Shown one piece after another: positions 38,100 to 46,169 of a DNA stretch of 64,000 bases. The stretch spans positions 352,001 through 416,000 of the forward strand of contig CAVXTP010000022.1 of the NCBI GenBank assembly GCA_963764715.1. The letters are read 5' to 3'. The position numbers were made by a program, and so were the translations under genes. Source of the stretch: an uncultured Acidobacteriota bacterium. Lineage in GTDB: Bacteria; Acidobacteriota; Thermoanaerobaculia; UBA5066; Gp7-AA6. How positions within the stretch are numbered: position 1 is the first letter of the stretch; every line of letters begins with the position of its first letter. The notes below the pieces were generated by a model, which saw only the letters and a program-made list of their open reading frames with translations, did not search any database and had not been told where the DNA came from.

Positions 38100-39089
38100 C
38101 TACCGGATTCGCAACACCGCGCGGCGCTCGATCTCCACTTCCTCGCCCGTCCCCGAGCGCGGGTCGTGGCGGCCGTTCGACAGGTATTCGCGGATGCCCG
38201 GCGAGAACCGCCGCCACTCGGCACCGAAAGTCGCGAGCGTCGGCGCGGTGTCGCCGGTGTTGTCGCGCGAGAGGCTCCGGAGCTGGTCGCGCGTCAGCGG
38301 CGGATCGGCGAACACGCCGCGCCGCGCGAGCCACTCGAAGCCGGTGGCGAGCAGGCGCCCGTACCAGAGCGGAAAGTGGATCATCGGCTTGCCCGGCTTG
38401 CCGACCGCCGCCGCGACGTCGCGGTAGATGTCGTTCAAGGTCCAGATCTCGGGCCCTCCCACCTCGTACGCCTGGTGGATCGTCCCCGGCTTCTCGAGCG
38501 CGTCGGCGAAGACGCGGGCCACGTCGAAGATCGAGACCGGCTGGAAGCGCGTCGTGCCCGGCCCGATGACCGGGATGAAGCCCGGGTTCCCCCGCACGAT
38601 CGGCGCGAGCAGCGACACGAAGCCGTCTCCCGGGCCGAAGATGATCGACGGACGAAAGATCGTCCAGTCGAGGCCGGAGGCCCGGACCGCCTTCTCGCCC
38701 GCGGCCTTCGTGCGGCCGTACTCGGAGGGCGAGTCCTCGAAGCTTCCCATCGCGCTCATGTGCAGATAGCGCCGGATGCCGGCGGTCTTCGCCGCCGCGA
38801 GGGCGTTTTCCGTCGCTTCCCGGTGCATCCGGTCGAAGGTCTGGTCGCCCTTCTCGTGGATGATCCCGACGAGGTGGACGAGGGCCTCGCGGCCGGCGGC
38901 GGCCGCCGCGAGCGAGGCGGTGTCGAGGACGTCGCCCTCGACCGCCTCGACGGGCCGGTTGTACCGGTTGCGGGTCTTCTCGGGGGAGCGCGCCAGGACC
39001 GCGACCGCGTGGCCGCGGTGCAGCAGGCGGTTGACCAGGTGGGTCCCGACGAAACCGGTGCCGCCCGTCACGAGAACTTTCAATCGCAC
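38100..39089 (-). CDS. Complex I NDUFA9-like atypical SDR (NAD-binding)
   Basis: TGGTGFVG, HLVGII.E, HMSAMG, YGRTK, RPSIIFGPGD.F, FQPV. Confidence 0.88.
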   Translation of the reverse strand: MRLKVLVTGGTGFVGTHLVNRLLHRGHAVAVLARSPEKTRNRYNRPVEAVEGDVLDTASLAAAAAGREALVHLVGIIHEKGDQTFDRMHREATENALAAAKTAGIRRYLHMSAMGSFEDSPSEYGRTKAAGEKAVRASGLDWTIFRPSIIFGPGDGFVSLLAPIVRGNPGFIPVIGPGTTRFQPVSIFDVARVFADALEKPGTIHQAYEVGGPEIWTLNDIYRDVAAAVGKPGKPMIHFPLWYGRLLATGFEWLARRGVFADPPLTRDQLRSLSRDNTGDTAPTLATFGAEWRRFSPGIREYLSNGRHDPRSGTGEEVEIERRAVLRIR

Positions 39090-39134
39090 CTCCGCTCCGG
39101 ATCTTGTACCACGCCCCCCGGCTCTTGCCGGCGG

Positions 39135-39169
39135 CTCGTCCGCCGCCTGCGGTCTGCGGTCTCCCGTCT
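39135..39169. repeat. Degenerate heptamer tandem repeat (GCGGTCT-like, 5 units)
   Basis: ctcgtcc gccgcct gcggtct gcggtct cccgtct in the recG/NDUFA9-like intergenic gap. Confidence 0.55.
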
Positions 39170-41198
39170 AGGGATAACCGAACAGGTCGCTCGCCACGGC
39201 CTCCTGCCGCGCCCGCCGCGCCACGATCTCGTTGCGGGCCTGCGGCAGCCGCCCAAGGTCCCGGAGCGGGTCCGCGACGCGCAGAGGCGGAAGGCCGCTC
39301 TGCCGCGTTCCGAGGAGGTCGCCGGGGCCGCGCGCCTCGAGGTCCTTTTCCGCGATGAGGAACCCGTCGGACGTCTGCTCGAGCACGGCGAGGCGGCGCC
39401 GGGCGTCCTCCGTCGCGCCGCGTCCCACGACGAGCGCGCACCACGACGGGCGCTCGCTCCGCCCGACGCGCCCGCGCAGCTGGTGGAGCTGCGCGAGCCC
39501 GAAGCTCTCGGCGTTCTCGACGATCATCAGCGTGGCCTCGGGCACGTCGACTCCCACTTCGACGACCGTCGTCGACACGAGGACGGGGCACCGCCCCGCG
39601 GCGAAGTCGGCGAGCACGGCCTGGCGCTCGGCCGCCGGCATGCGGCCGTGCAGGACCCCGATGCGAATCCCCGGCAGGGCGGCCGCGAGGCGTGCGGCGG
39701 TCTCGCGTGTCGCCGCGACCTCGCGGGCGCCTTCCTCGATCGCCGGAACGACGACGTACACCCGTTCCCCCGCGGCGGCCCGCTCGCCGGCGAAGCGGTA
39801 GACGCGGTCGCGGGCGGCCTCTTCGCGCACCCGCGTCACGACGGGCGAACGGCCCGGGGGCTTCTCGTCGAGGACGGAGACGTCGAGCTCGCCGTAGATC
39901 GCCCAGGCGAGCGAGCGCGGGATGGGCGTGGCCGTCATGATGAGGACGTGGGGGGACGGGTCTCCCTTGCGGAACAGGCGCGAGCGGTGGGCCACGCCGA
40001 ACCGGTGCTGCTCGTCGACGACGACGAGGCCGAGGCGGCGGAACTTCACGGGCGACTCGACGAGGGCGTGGGTGCCGACGAGGGCGTCGATCGAGCCCGC
40101 GGCGAGGGCCTCGAGCAGGTGGCGCCGCGCGGCGCCGCGCACGCGGCCCGTCAGGAGGCCGAGCCGGACGCCCGCTCCCGTCAGCCACGACGCGAGGCTC
40201 TCGGCGTGCTGCTCGGCGAGGATCTCGGTCGGCGCCATCAGGGCGGCCTGCGCCCCGTTCCGGGCGGCGAGCAGGATCGCCAGGCCCGCCACGACCGTCT
40301 TGCCTGAGCCGACGTCGCCCTGGAGCAGTCGCGCCATCGCCCGGCCCGAGGCGAGGTCCCGGGCGATCTCCCGCACGGCCCGCTTCTGCGCGGCGGTCAG
40401 CCGGAACGGCAGCGCCGAGCGGGCGAGCTCGCGGATCGTGTCTTCCGCCGGCAGCGCGAGGCCGGGCCGGGCGCGCAGCCGCGCGCGGCGGTCCTCGATG
40501 CGGGCGGCGAGGGCGAGGAGCTCCTCCCCGGCGAGCGCCGCGCGGGCCGGCCCGGCGGAATCCTCGTGCGTCGGAAAATGGGCCTCCCCGAGGGCCTCGC
40601 GAAGCTTCGCCGGCGATGCGGAGATCGCGCGGAAATCCGTGCCAAGCGCGTCGAGGGCCCGCCGGACGAGAACGCGCCACGGGCGGGTCGGGATCTCCGC
40701 GAGGCGATGGTAGACGCCGACGATCCGGCCGGAATGGAGCGGATCGGCTTCCTCGCCCGGGTCGAAGAGCTCGGTCTCGGGGTTCTCGATCCGCATCTCG
40801 CCCCGCGTCCCGGCCACGGGCGTGCCGTAGAGCGCGGCGCGCTTGTCCGCCAGGGCCTTCGCGAAGGACGGGTAACGGTTGTGCCAGACGACCCGGACGG
40901 CCCCGGTGCCGTCGTCGGCGACGGCCTCGACCCGCAGGAGGCCGCGGCGCATGCGGATCGAGCGCACGCCCTGGAAGCGGACGAGGACCGTCGCCGGCTT
41001 CTCCCACTCGAGGCTCGCGACCGTGGCGAAGCGCCGCCGGTCCTCGTAGCGAAACGGCAGCGCGAGCAGGAAGTCCGCGATCGTCGCGACGCCGGCCTCG
41101 GCGAGGCGGGCCGCGCGGGTCGGCCCGATGCCGGGAAGTCGGGCGATCGGGTCGCCCGGGCGGAGCGGAGGCGGAGGTGCGCCGGGGGCGGGCGTCAG
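39168..41198 (-). CDS. recG: ATP-dependent DNA helicase RecG (probable CTG start)
   Basis: QGDVGSGKT, PTEILAEQH, DEQHRFGV, TATPIPRS, QLHQLRGRVGR; frame open to 41198 with conserved N-terminal LPGIGP...LPFRYED. Confidence 0.95.
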   Translation of the reverse strand: MTPAPGAPPPPLRPGDPIARLPGIGPTRAARLAEAGVATIADFLLALPFRYEDRRRFATVASLEWEKPATVLVRFQGVRSIRMRRGLLRVEAVADDGTGAVRVVWHNRYPSFAKALADKRAALYGTPVAGTRGEMRIENPETELFDPGEEADPLHSGRIVGVYHRLAEIPTRPWRVLVRRALDALGTDFRAISASPAKLREALGEAHFPTHEDSAGPARAALAGEELLALAARIEDRRARLRARPGLALPAEDTIRELARSALPFRLTAAQKRAVREIARDLASGRAMARLLQGDVGSGKTVVAGLAILLAARNGAQAALMAPTEILAEQHAESLASWLTGAGVRLGLLTGRVRGAARRHLLEALAAGSIDALVGTHALVESPVKFRRLGLVVVDEQHRFGVAHRSRLFRKGDPSPHVLIMTATPIPRSLAWAIYGELDVSVLDEKPPGRSPVVTRVREEAARDRVYRFAGERAAAGERVYVVVPAIEEGAREVAATRETAARLAAALPGIRIGVLHGRMPAAERQAVLADFAAGRCPVLVSTTVVEVGVDVPEATLMIVENAESFGLAQLHQLRGRVGRSERPSWCALVVGRGATEDARRRLAVLEQTSDGFLIAEKDLEARGPGDLLGTRQSGLPPLRVADPLRDLGRLPQARNEIVARRARQEAVASDLFGYP

Positions 41199-41996
41199 CT
41201 ACGTCTCGGGCGCCAGGAAGGTCAGCGGGACGAGGCCGAACTTCAGGACGTCGCCGTTGGCGATGGCGACCGGAACGCCCGTCGCGAGGCGGGTGCCGTT
41301 GACGTGCGTTCCGTTCATGACGCCGATCTCTTCCATGACGTAGTAGGTGTCGCCCATCAGATAGAGCTTGGCGTGGCGGCGCGACGTCGAGCGCTGCGGG
41401 TCGAGCGGGGTCAGGTCGACGTCGGGGGTGATGCCGGTGACCGGGTCGCTGCGGCCGATCAGCGTGTCGCCCTCGCGGTTGAGGAAGAACTCCGAGGGCG
41501 GGTCCTCGCCCACGAGGCGGCAGGCGTTGCGCTCCGGGGTGGGCCGCTTCTGGACCGGCCGCTCCTCCTCGGCGACGCGGCGGCCGAGGGATTCCTCGAG
41601 CATGGCCGTGACCTCGCGCAGCCGGCGCGAGAGCTTGCGCATCATCCGGATCGCGATCTCGGTGTTCGACTTGAGCATCGCGTCGAACGTCGCGCCGTTG
41701 ATCCGGACGAGCTCGACGTCCGTCTTGGCGCGCGCCGAGGCGGTCCGCGGAACGTCCTCGAGGACGCTCATCTCGCCGAAGAAGTCGCCCTTCTCGAGGG
41801 TCGAGAGCACCCGGGTCTCTCCCCCGATCGTCTTGAGCAGCTCCACCGTCCCGGACTGGACGATGTACATCTCGGTGCCGATGTCGCCCTCGGAGAAGAT
41901 GATGTCGCCCATGGCGTGCGCCACGAGGAACTTCTCGTACGGGTTCTTCCCCGCTCCGCCCGGCCCGGACTTGAAGACCGCCTTCACGGAGGGCAT
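41199..41996 (-). CDS. cNMP-binding domain plus FHA domain protein
   Basis: GDFFGEMSVLEDVPRTASA (cNMP pocket); IGRSD...SRRHA...MNGTHVNG (FHA). Confidence 0.9.
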   Translation of the reverse strand: MPSVKAVFKSGPGGAGKNPYEKFLVAHAMGDIIFSEGDIGTEMYIVQSGTVELLKTIGGETRVLSTLEKGDFFGEMSVLEDVPRTASARAKTDVELVRINGATFDAMLKSNTEIAIRMMRKLSRRLREVTAMLEESLGRRVAEEERPVQKRPTPERNACRLVGEDPPSEFFLNREGDTLIGRSDPVTGITPDVDLTPLDPQRSTSRRHAKLYLMGDTYYVMEEIGVMNGTHVNGTRLATGVPVAIANGDVLKFGLVPLTFLAPET

Positions 41997-42003
41997 CCGT
42001 TCC

Positions 42004-42915
42004 TCAGACCGCTCCGGGGCCCAGGAACTCGAGGACCCGCCGGTCGGCGTCGACGCGGACCGCGACTCCCAGCGGAAGCGTGCGCGAGCGGCGCAGGTGT
42101 CCCGCCGGGAAGCCCCGGACGACCGGGAACGGCGCCCCGGCGAAGCGGTCCGCGACCCAGGCGTCGACGGCGACGGTGGCCTTTCCGCCGCGCCGGCCGG
42201 GCGAAATCGAGCCGATGACCATGGCTTTTAGTCGATCGAGGGTACCCGACCGCTCCAGCTGGGTCAACATGCGGTCCAGCCGGTAGGCCGGTTCCCGCAC
42301 GTCCTCCCAGAAGAAGACGGCGTCCCGCGCGTCGACGGCCTCGGGCGTGCCCGCGAGCGAGGCCACGAGCGACAGGCAGCCCCCGACGAGGGGGCCCTCG
42401 CCGGCGCCGCCCGCGAGCACGTCGCTCTCGCGGAAAGCGTGGGGATCCGGCCGCGCGCCGGCGAGCACGGATTCCCAGTCGAGTCCCGGTTCCGTGGCCA
42501 TCGCGACCGCGGGCATCGGGCCGTAGAACGCCGCGAGGCCGCTCGCCGCCCGGAGGTACGCGAAGAGGGCGGTCAGGTCGGACCCGCCGAGGTGGATGAG
42601 CGGGCGCGCGGCGATCTGTCCGGGCGAGAGATGACCGAGGATCCGCCCGGCCCCGTAGCCGCCGCGAGCGAAGAAGATCGCATCGACCCGGGGGTCGTCG
42701 AGGAGGGCGCGATAGCCCTCGGCGCGCTCCCGGTCGGAACCGGCGAGAAACCCCGCGCGCGCGAGGACGTTCGAGGCGAGGACGACGCGGTATCCGCGCT
42801 GCTCCAGAAATACGACGCCGGCCGCGAGCCGATCCGGATCCACGGGACCCGAGACCGCGGCGATCCCGATCGTGGCGCCGGCTTGGAGGCGCGGAGGGCG
42901 GACGAGGTCACGCAT
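42004..42915 (-). CDS. LD-carboxypeptidase (S66 family)
   Basis: ARGGYG, GGSD (Ser), WEDV.E (Glu), FPAGH (His). Confidence 0.9.
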   Translation of the reverse strand: MRDLVRPPRLQAGATIGIAAVSGPVDPDRLAAGVVFLEQRGYRVVLASNVLARAGFLAGSDRERAEGYRALLDDPRVDAIFFARGGYGAGRILGHLSPGQIAARPLIHLGGSDLTALFAYLRAASGLAAFYGPMPAVAMATEPGLDWESVLAGARPDPHAFRESDVLAGGAGEGPLVGGCLSLVASLAGTPEAVDARDAVFFWEDVREPAYRLDRMLTQLERSGTLDRLKAMVIGSISPGRRGGKATVAVDAWVADRFAGAPFPVVRGFPAGHLRRSRTLPLGVAVRVDADRRVLEFLGPGAV

Positions 42916-42984
42916 CGAGCCATGCCGGCGCAGCCGGGCCGCCGGAACGAACTCTCCTGGCGGACGGTCGCGCAGCCAAAAGCC

Positions 42985-43366
42985 CCGAGCGGGCCGATAA
43001 GCCGAATCCTGTGCTCCGGTTGCCCGGAGTCGCGATCATTCCTCTGGGCCCGAGGTCGCCCTCGGGCTCGAGCAGCCGACCCGGGAACAGCTCACGTGAA
43101 GTGAGGCGGGACGGGCGCCCGCTGTCCCCCTATTTGGCCTTGCTCCGCATGGGGTTTACCGTGCCCCCCCCGTTGCCGGAGGGGCGGTGCGCTCTTACCG
43201 CACCGTTTCACCCTTGCCGTCCTTTCGGAAGGCGGTTTGTTTTCTGTGGCACTTTCCTTCGCGTCGCCGCGACCGGGTGTTACCCGGCATGCTGCCCGTG
43301 TGGAGTTCGGACTTTCCTCTCCGGCTCTTCAAAGCGAAGTCCGGAGCGATCGCGTGGCCCGCTCGG
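42985..43366 (-). ncRNA. rnpB: RNase P RNA (class A)
   Basis: GAGGAAAGTCCGAACTC, AGTGCCACAGAAA, GGTAAACCCC, ACAGGATTCGGCTTA; terminal P1 pairing CCGAGCGGGCC/GGCCCGCTCGG. Confidence 0.97.
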
Positions 43367-43376
43367 AGCCGCACAG

Positions 43377-43385
43377 ACTTTACCA
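43377..43385 (-). promoter_or_regulatory. Extended -10 promoter (TGgTAAAGT) of rnpB
   Basis: About 10 nt upstream of the rnpB 5' end. Confidence 0.65.
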
Positions 43386-43457
43386 TGAGGGTCCGGGCCC
43401 TGACACGGCGGCGAAGAAACGCTCGCACCCGATCCGCGCCCGGAACAAGCCGTCGGC

Positions 43458-43910
43458 CTACTCCCGGTGGCGGTTGCGCTCGTCGCCGAAGTATTCGAGC
43501 CAGGCGTCGACGTCCACGGCTTCGGGCGGGGACCCGCCCGGGGCCGCGCGCCGTCCGAAGCGGGCGAAAAAGTCCTCCGGCCGGCAGACGCGCCCGCCGG
43601 CGTCCCGGACCCGCCGCGCGAGGCCTCGATCGGACGTCACGACGATGGCCTCTCCGGGCGCCCGCAGCGATGCGACCTCCGCGACGATGGCGTCGTCCGC
43701 GCTCGTCCCGGACGGCCGCCGGATCGTGAGACTCCCGAGGCTCGAGCCCCGCTCGCCGGCCGGCCCGTCGAAGAACAGGATCGCCCGCGCGCGGGTCGAC
43801 CGGAGCCGCTCGGCGAGCTCGGCGACGAGGGCCTGCCGGTCCTCCTCCGTCGGGCGGGCGACCCGCCGGACGAGCCCGATCAGGTTGTTGCCGTCGAGGA
43901 GGTACGGCAC
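43458..43910 (-). CDS. NYN/YacP-like PIN-fold putative RNase
   Basis: LLDGNNL, LFFDG, SADDAI, VVTSDRGL acidic active-site pattern. Confidence 0.85.
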   Translation of the reverse strand: MPYLLDGNNLIGLVRRVARPTEEDRQALVAELAERLRSTRARAILFFDGPAGERGSSLGSLTIRRPSGTSADDAIVAEVASLRAPGEAIVVTSDRGLARRVRDAGGRVCRPEDFFARFGRRAAPGGSPPEAVDVDAWLEYFGDERNRHRE

Positions 43911-43911
43911 G

Positions 43912-44508
43912 TCAGGCCGACCGGGCGCGGCGAGGGTGCTTCAGGCGGAAGAAGAGCACGCCGAGCCCGCGCATGACCCGCCGGCGGTCCGCGATCATCA
44001 GCACGGCGAGGGCTCCGAGGAAGATCGCGGTGAACCACGGGACGAAGAACACCAGGGCGCCGAGGGCCACGGCGAACGCGTCTTCGGCGAGCGAGAGCGC
44101 CACCTGCGCGATGCCGCGGGTCGCGGCCGTCGAGGTCAGCCGCGTCGTCGACTTGGCGAAGTGGGTGGCGAGCGTCACGAGCGCGCCCGCGAGGGCGAGC
44201 CCGGTCCGGGAAGCCGGGGACGTATCCGGCACCGCCGCGAGCATCACCAGGGCGCCGACGATCGGCCGCAGGAGCGTCTGGAGCAGGTTCCAGAGGTGAT
44301 CGACGATCGGGATCTTGTCGGCGACGAACTCGGCGAGGAAGAGGATCACGCTCGCCGTCAGGACGCCGTGGCTCGAGAGAAAAGCCGCGGTCGGCCCGGG
44401 AAACTCCTGGGGCAAGATCAGGGCGAGGCCGTTGAACAGCAGCAGGACCGCCCAGGCGTTGAGGCCCGCCGCGGCCGAGAGCCCCAGGCCCGTCAGGATC
44501 GCGGTCAA
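43912..44508 (-). CDS. DUF4126 membrane protein
   Basis: GLSAAAGLNAW, EFVADKIP.VDH.W...QT..RP..GA, SLAED; TTG start at TTGA overlap. Confidence 0.85.
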   Translation of the reverse strand: MTAILTGLGLSAAAGLNAWAVLLLFNGLALILPQEFPGPTAAFLSSHGVLTASVILFLAEFVADKIPIVDHLWNLLQTLLRPIVGALVMLAAVPDTSPASRTGLALAGALVTLATHFAKSTTRLTSTAATRGIAQVALSLAEDAFAVALGALVFFVPWFTAIFLGALAVLMIADRRRVMRGLGVLFFRLKHPRRARSA

Positions 44509-46127
44509 CCGCGTCGAAACAGGCGGGAGAGGAGCCCGGAGGCCTGAGGGCGCTCTTCGTCCTCGGCCGGTGCCTCGGGCGGCTTCTCGCCTTCCGGAGT
44601 TTCCGGGGCCGACGGAGGAGGAGCCGCGGCGACGGCTTCGAGGACCCTCCGGAGCAGCTCTTCGCTCTCCGGCGAGGGGTCGAGCGAGACCGCGCGCCGC
44701 GCGAAGGGCTCCGCCTCCGCGGGGCGTTTGTGCTCGAGGAGCGTGCGGGCGGCCTCGAGCGACAGGCCGACGCGGCGGCCGTCGAGGCGGGCCGCCTCCT
44801 TGAGGTTGGCGAGGCCCTGGTCGATCCAGTTGGGGTTCTTCAGCTCGACCTGCGAAAGGACGTATCGAAACTCGGAGTTGTCGGGCACGAACCGCACCGC
44901 TTCCCGAAGCATCTCGACCGCGGGATGGTAGTCCCGCTCCTCGATGAGCTGACGCGCCCGCCGGAAGTTCTGCGTCGCGAGCTTCTTGCGGGCCTCCGGG
45001 TCCGCGGTCGGAGCGTCGGCCATCAGAAGCGACTGCGGGGCGGCGTCCAGGCTCTGGTCGTAGAGGGCCCGCTTCTCGGGATCGGAGAGGATGTCGTAAG
45101 CGATCTTCATCCGCTCGAACACTGCGTTGAGCTCGCGCTCGAACTTGCCGAGGTCCTCCCGGTGCCGCAGGTCCGGGTGGAAGAGGCGGCTGCGCTCGAA
45201 GTAGGCCTCCGCGACCCGCTCGGGCGGCGCGTCGCGCGGGATTCCGAGCAGCTCGTAGTGGGTCAGCCAGTCGATCCGGCGGTACGTGTTCTTGACGAGC
45301 TCGGCATGGCCCGGCGATCGTTCCGACGGCTGAGCGGACACTTCCACGTTCAGCCCGTGGAAGCCGCCGCGGCCGCTCGCGGGGCGCTCCGCGCCTTCCC
45401 GTTTCCACTCGACGATGCCGCACGAGACGAGACCGTAGAGGATCTTGGCGGTCGCGGCCCGCGACGCGCCGGCGATCTTCAGGAGCGAATCGACGTCGAG
45501 GATCCCGTCGACGCGGGAGAGGAGATAGGCCTCCTGGGGCGTCAGCGGGAGGTACTGGTAACGCGACATCGGATCGGTCGCGAGGATGGGGACGCGGTGC
45601 CCCTCGCCCAGACGTTCCCGGAAGGCGTCGCTCTCGGGCAGGCGCCGGATTCCCTCAACGATGACGGCGGCCGTCGAAAGCGACAGGGCGACGTCGGGAT
45701 CGAGCACGCCGGAGGACGCCTGGAACTTGTACTCCCCCGTGTCCCAGGCGAAGGTCGAGAAGACGATCTCCTCGACGAGGCGGCGCATCTCGGCGTCGAG
45801 GACGGTCCGCGACACGAGGCCGCGGTCGACCAGGATCTTGCCGAGCCGGGCCCGGCCCTGCTTGGCGACGGTTTCGAGCGCCCAGTTGAGGTCGGTGTCG
45901 GTGATGCATCCCCGGCGCTTGAGGAAGGCCCCGATGCGCTGGCCCTCCCGGGAGGACGTCGCGGTCCGCAGCTCCCCCTTCTCGAAGAACAGGTGCCGGA
46001 TCTCGTCGCCCCGGTTGAGGGTGAGGGTCCCCTTCAATCCCTCCAGGAAGATCCGCCGCAGGACCTGCGGCAGCGGCGTCTCGGAGAGGGATCCGCGAAA
46101 CCCGGCTGGTGCCGCCTGTGTGCTCAT
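44505..46127 (-). CDS. DUF4388 (PatA-N) + J-domain + TPR protein
   Basis: FRGSLSETPLPQVL...GTLTL, RLGKILV...EIVFSTFAWDTGEYKF; HYELLGI...FHPD...AYDILSDPEKRALYD; TPR-like helices. Confidence 0.88.
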   Translation of the reverse strand: MSTQAAPAGFRGSLSETPLPQVLRRIFLEGLKGTLTLNRGDEIRHLFFEKGELRTATSSREGQRIGAFLKRRGCITDTDLNWALETVAKQGRARLGKILVDRGLVSRTVLDAEMRRLVEEIVFSTFAWDTGEYKFQASSGVLDPDVALSLSTAAVIVEGIRRLPESDAFRERLGEGHRVPILATDPMSRYQYLPLTPQEAYLLSRVDGILDVDSLLKIAGASRAATAKILYGLVSCGIVEWKREGAERPASGRGGFHGLNVEVSAQPSERSPGHAELVKNTYRRIDWLTHYELLGIPRDAPPERVAEAYFERSRLFHPDLRHREDLGKFERELNAVFERMKIAYDILSDPEKRALYDQSLDAAPQSLLMADAPTADPEARKKLATQNFRRARQLIEERDYHPAVEMLREAVRFVPDNSEFRYVLSQVELKNPNWIDQGLANLKEAARLDGRRVGLSLEAARTLLEHKRPAEAEPFARRAVSLDPSPESEELLRRVLEAVAAAPPPSAPETPEGEKPPEAPAEDEERPQASGLLSRLFRRG

Positions 46128-46148
46128 TCGTCGATGGGGGGGCGGTTT

Positions 46149-46157
46149 AGGGTAGCA
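46149..46157 (-). promoter_or_regulatory. Putative extended -10 (TGcTACCCT) upstream of the J-domain gene
   Basis: In the 42-bp intergenic gap. Confidence 0.45.
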
Positions 46158-46169
46158 GAAACCGCGCCG

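Noticed and set aside
41199-41201. Pyrrolysine or recoded TAG before recG
   Set aside because: TAG is a normal stop for several genes in the window (e.g. rpoN, priA, prs) and no pyl genes are seen
43011-43428. ORFs 43011..43388+ and 43195..43428-
   Set aside because: They overlap the RNase P RNA gene and are spurious
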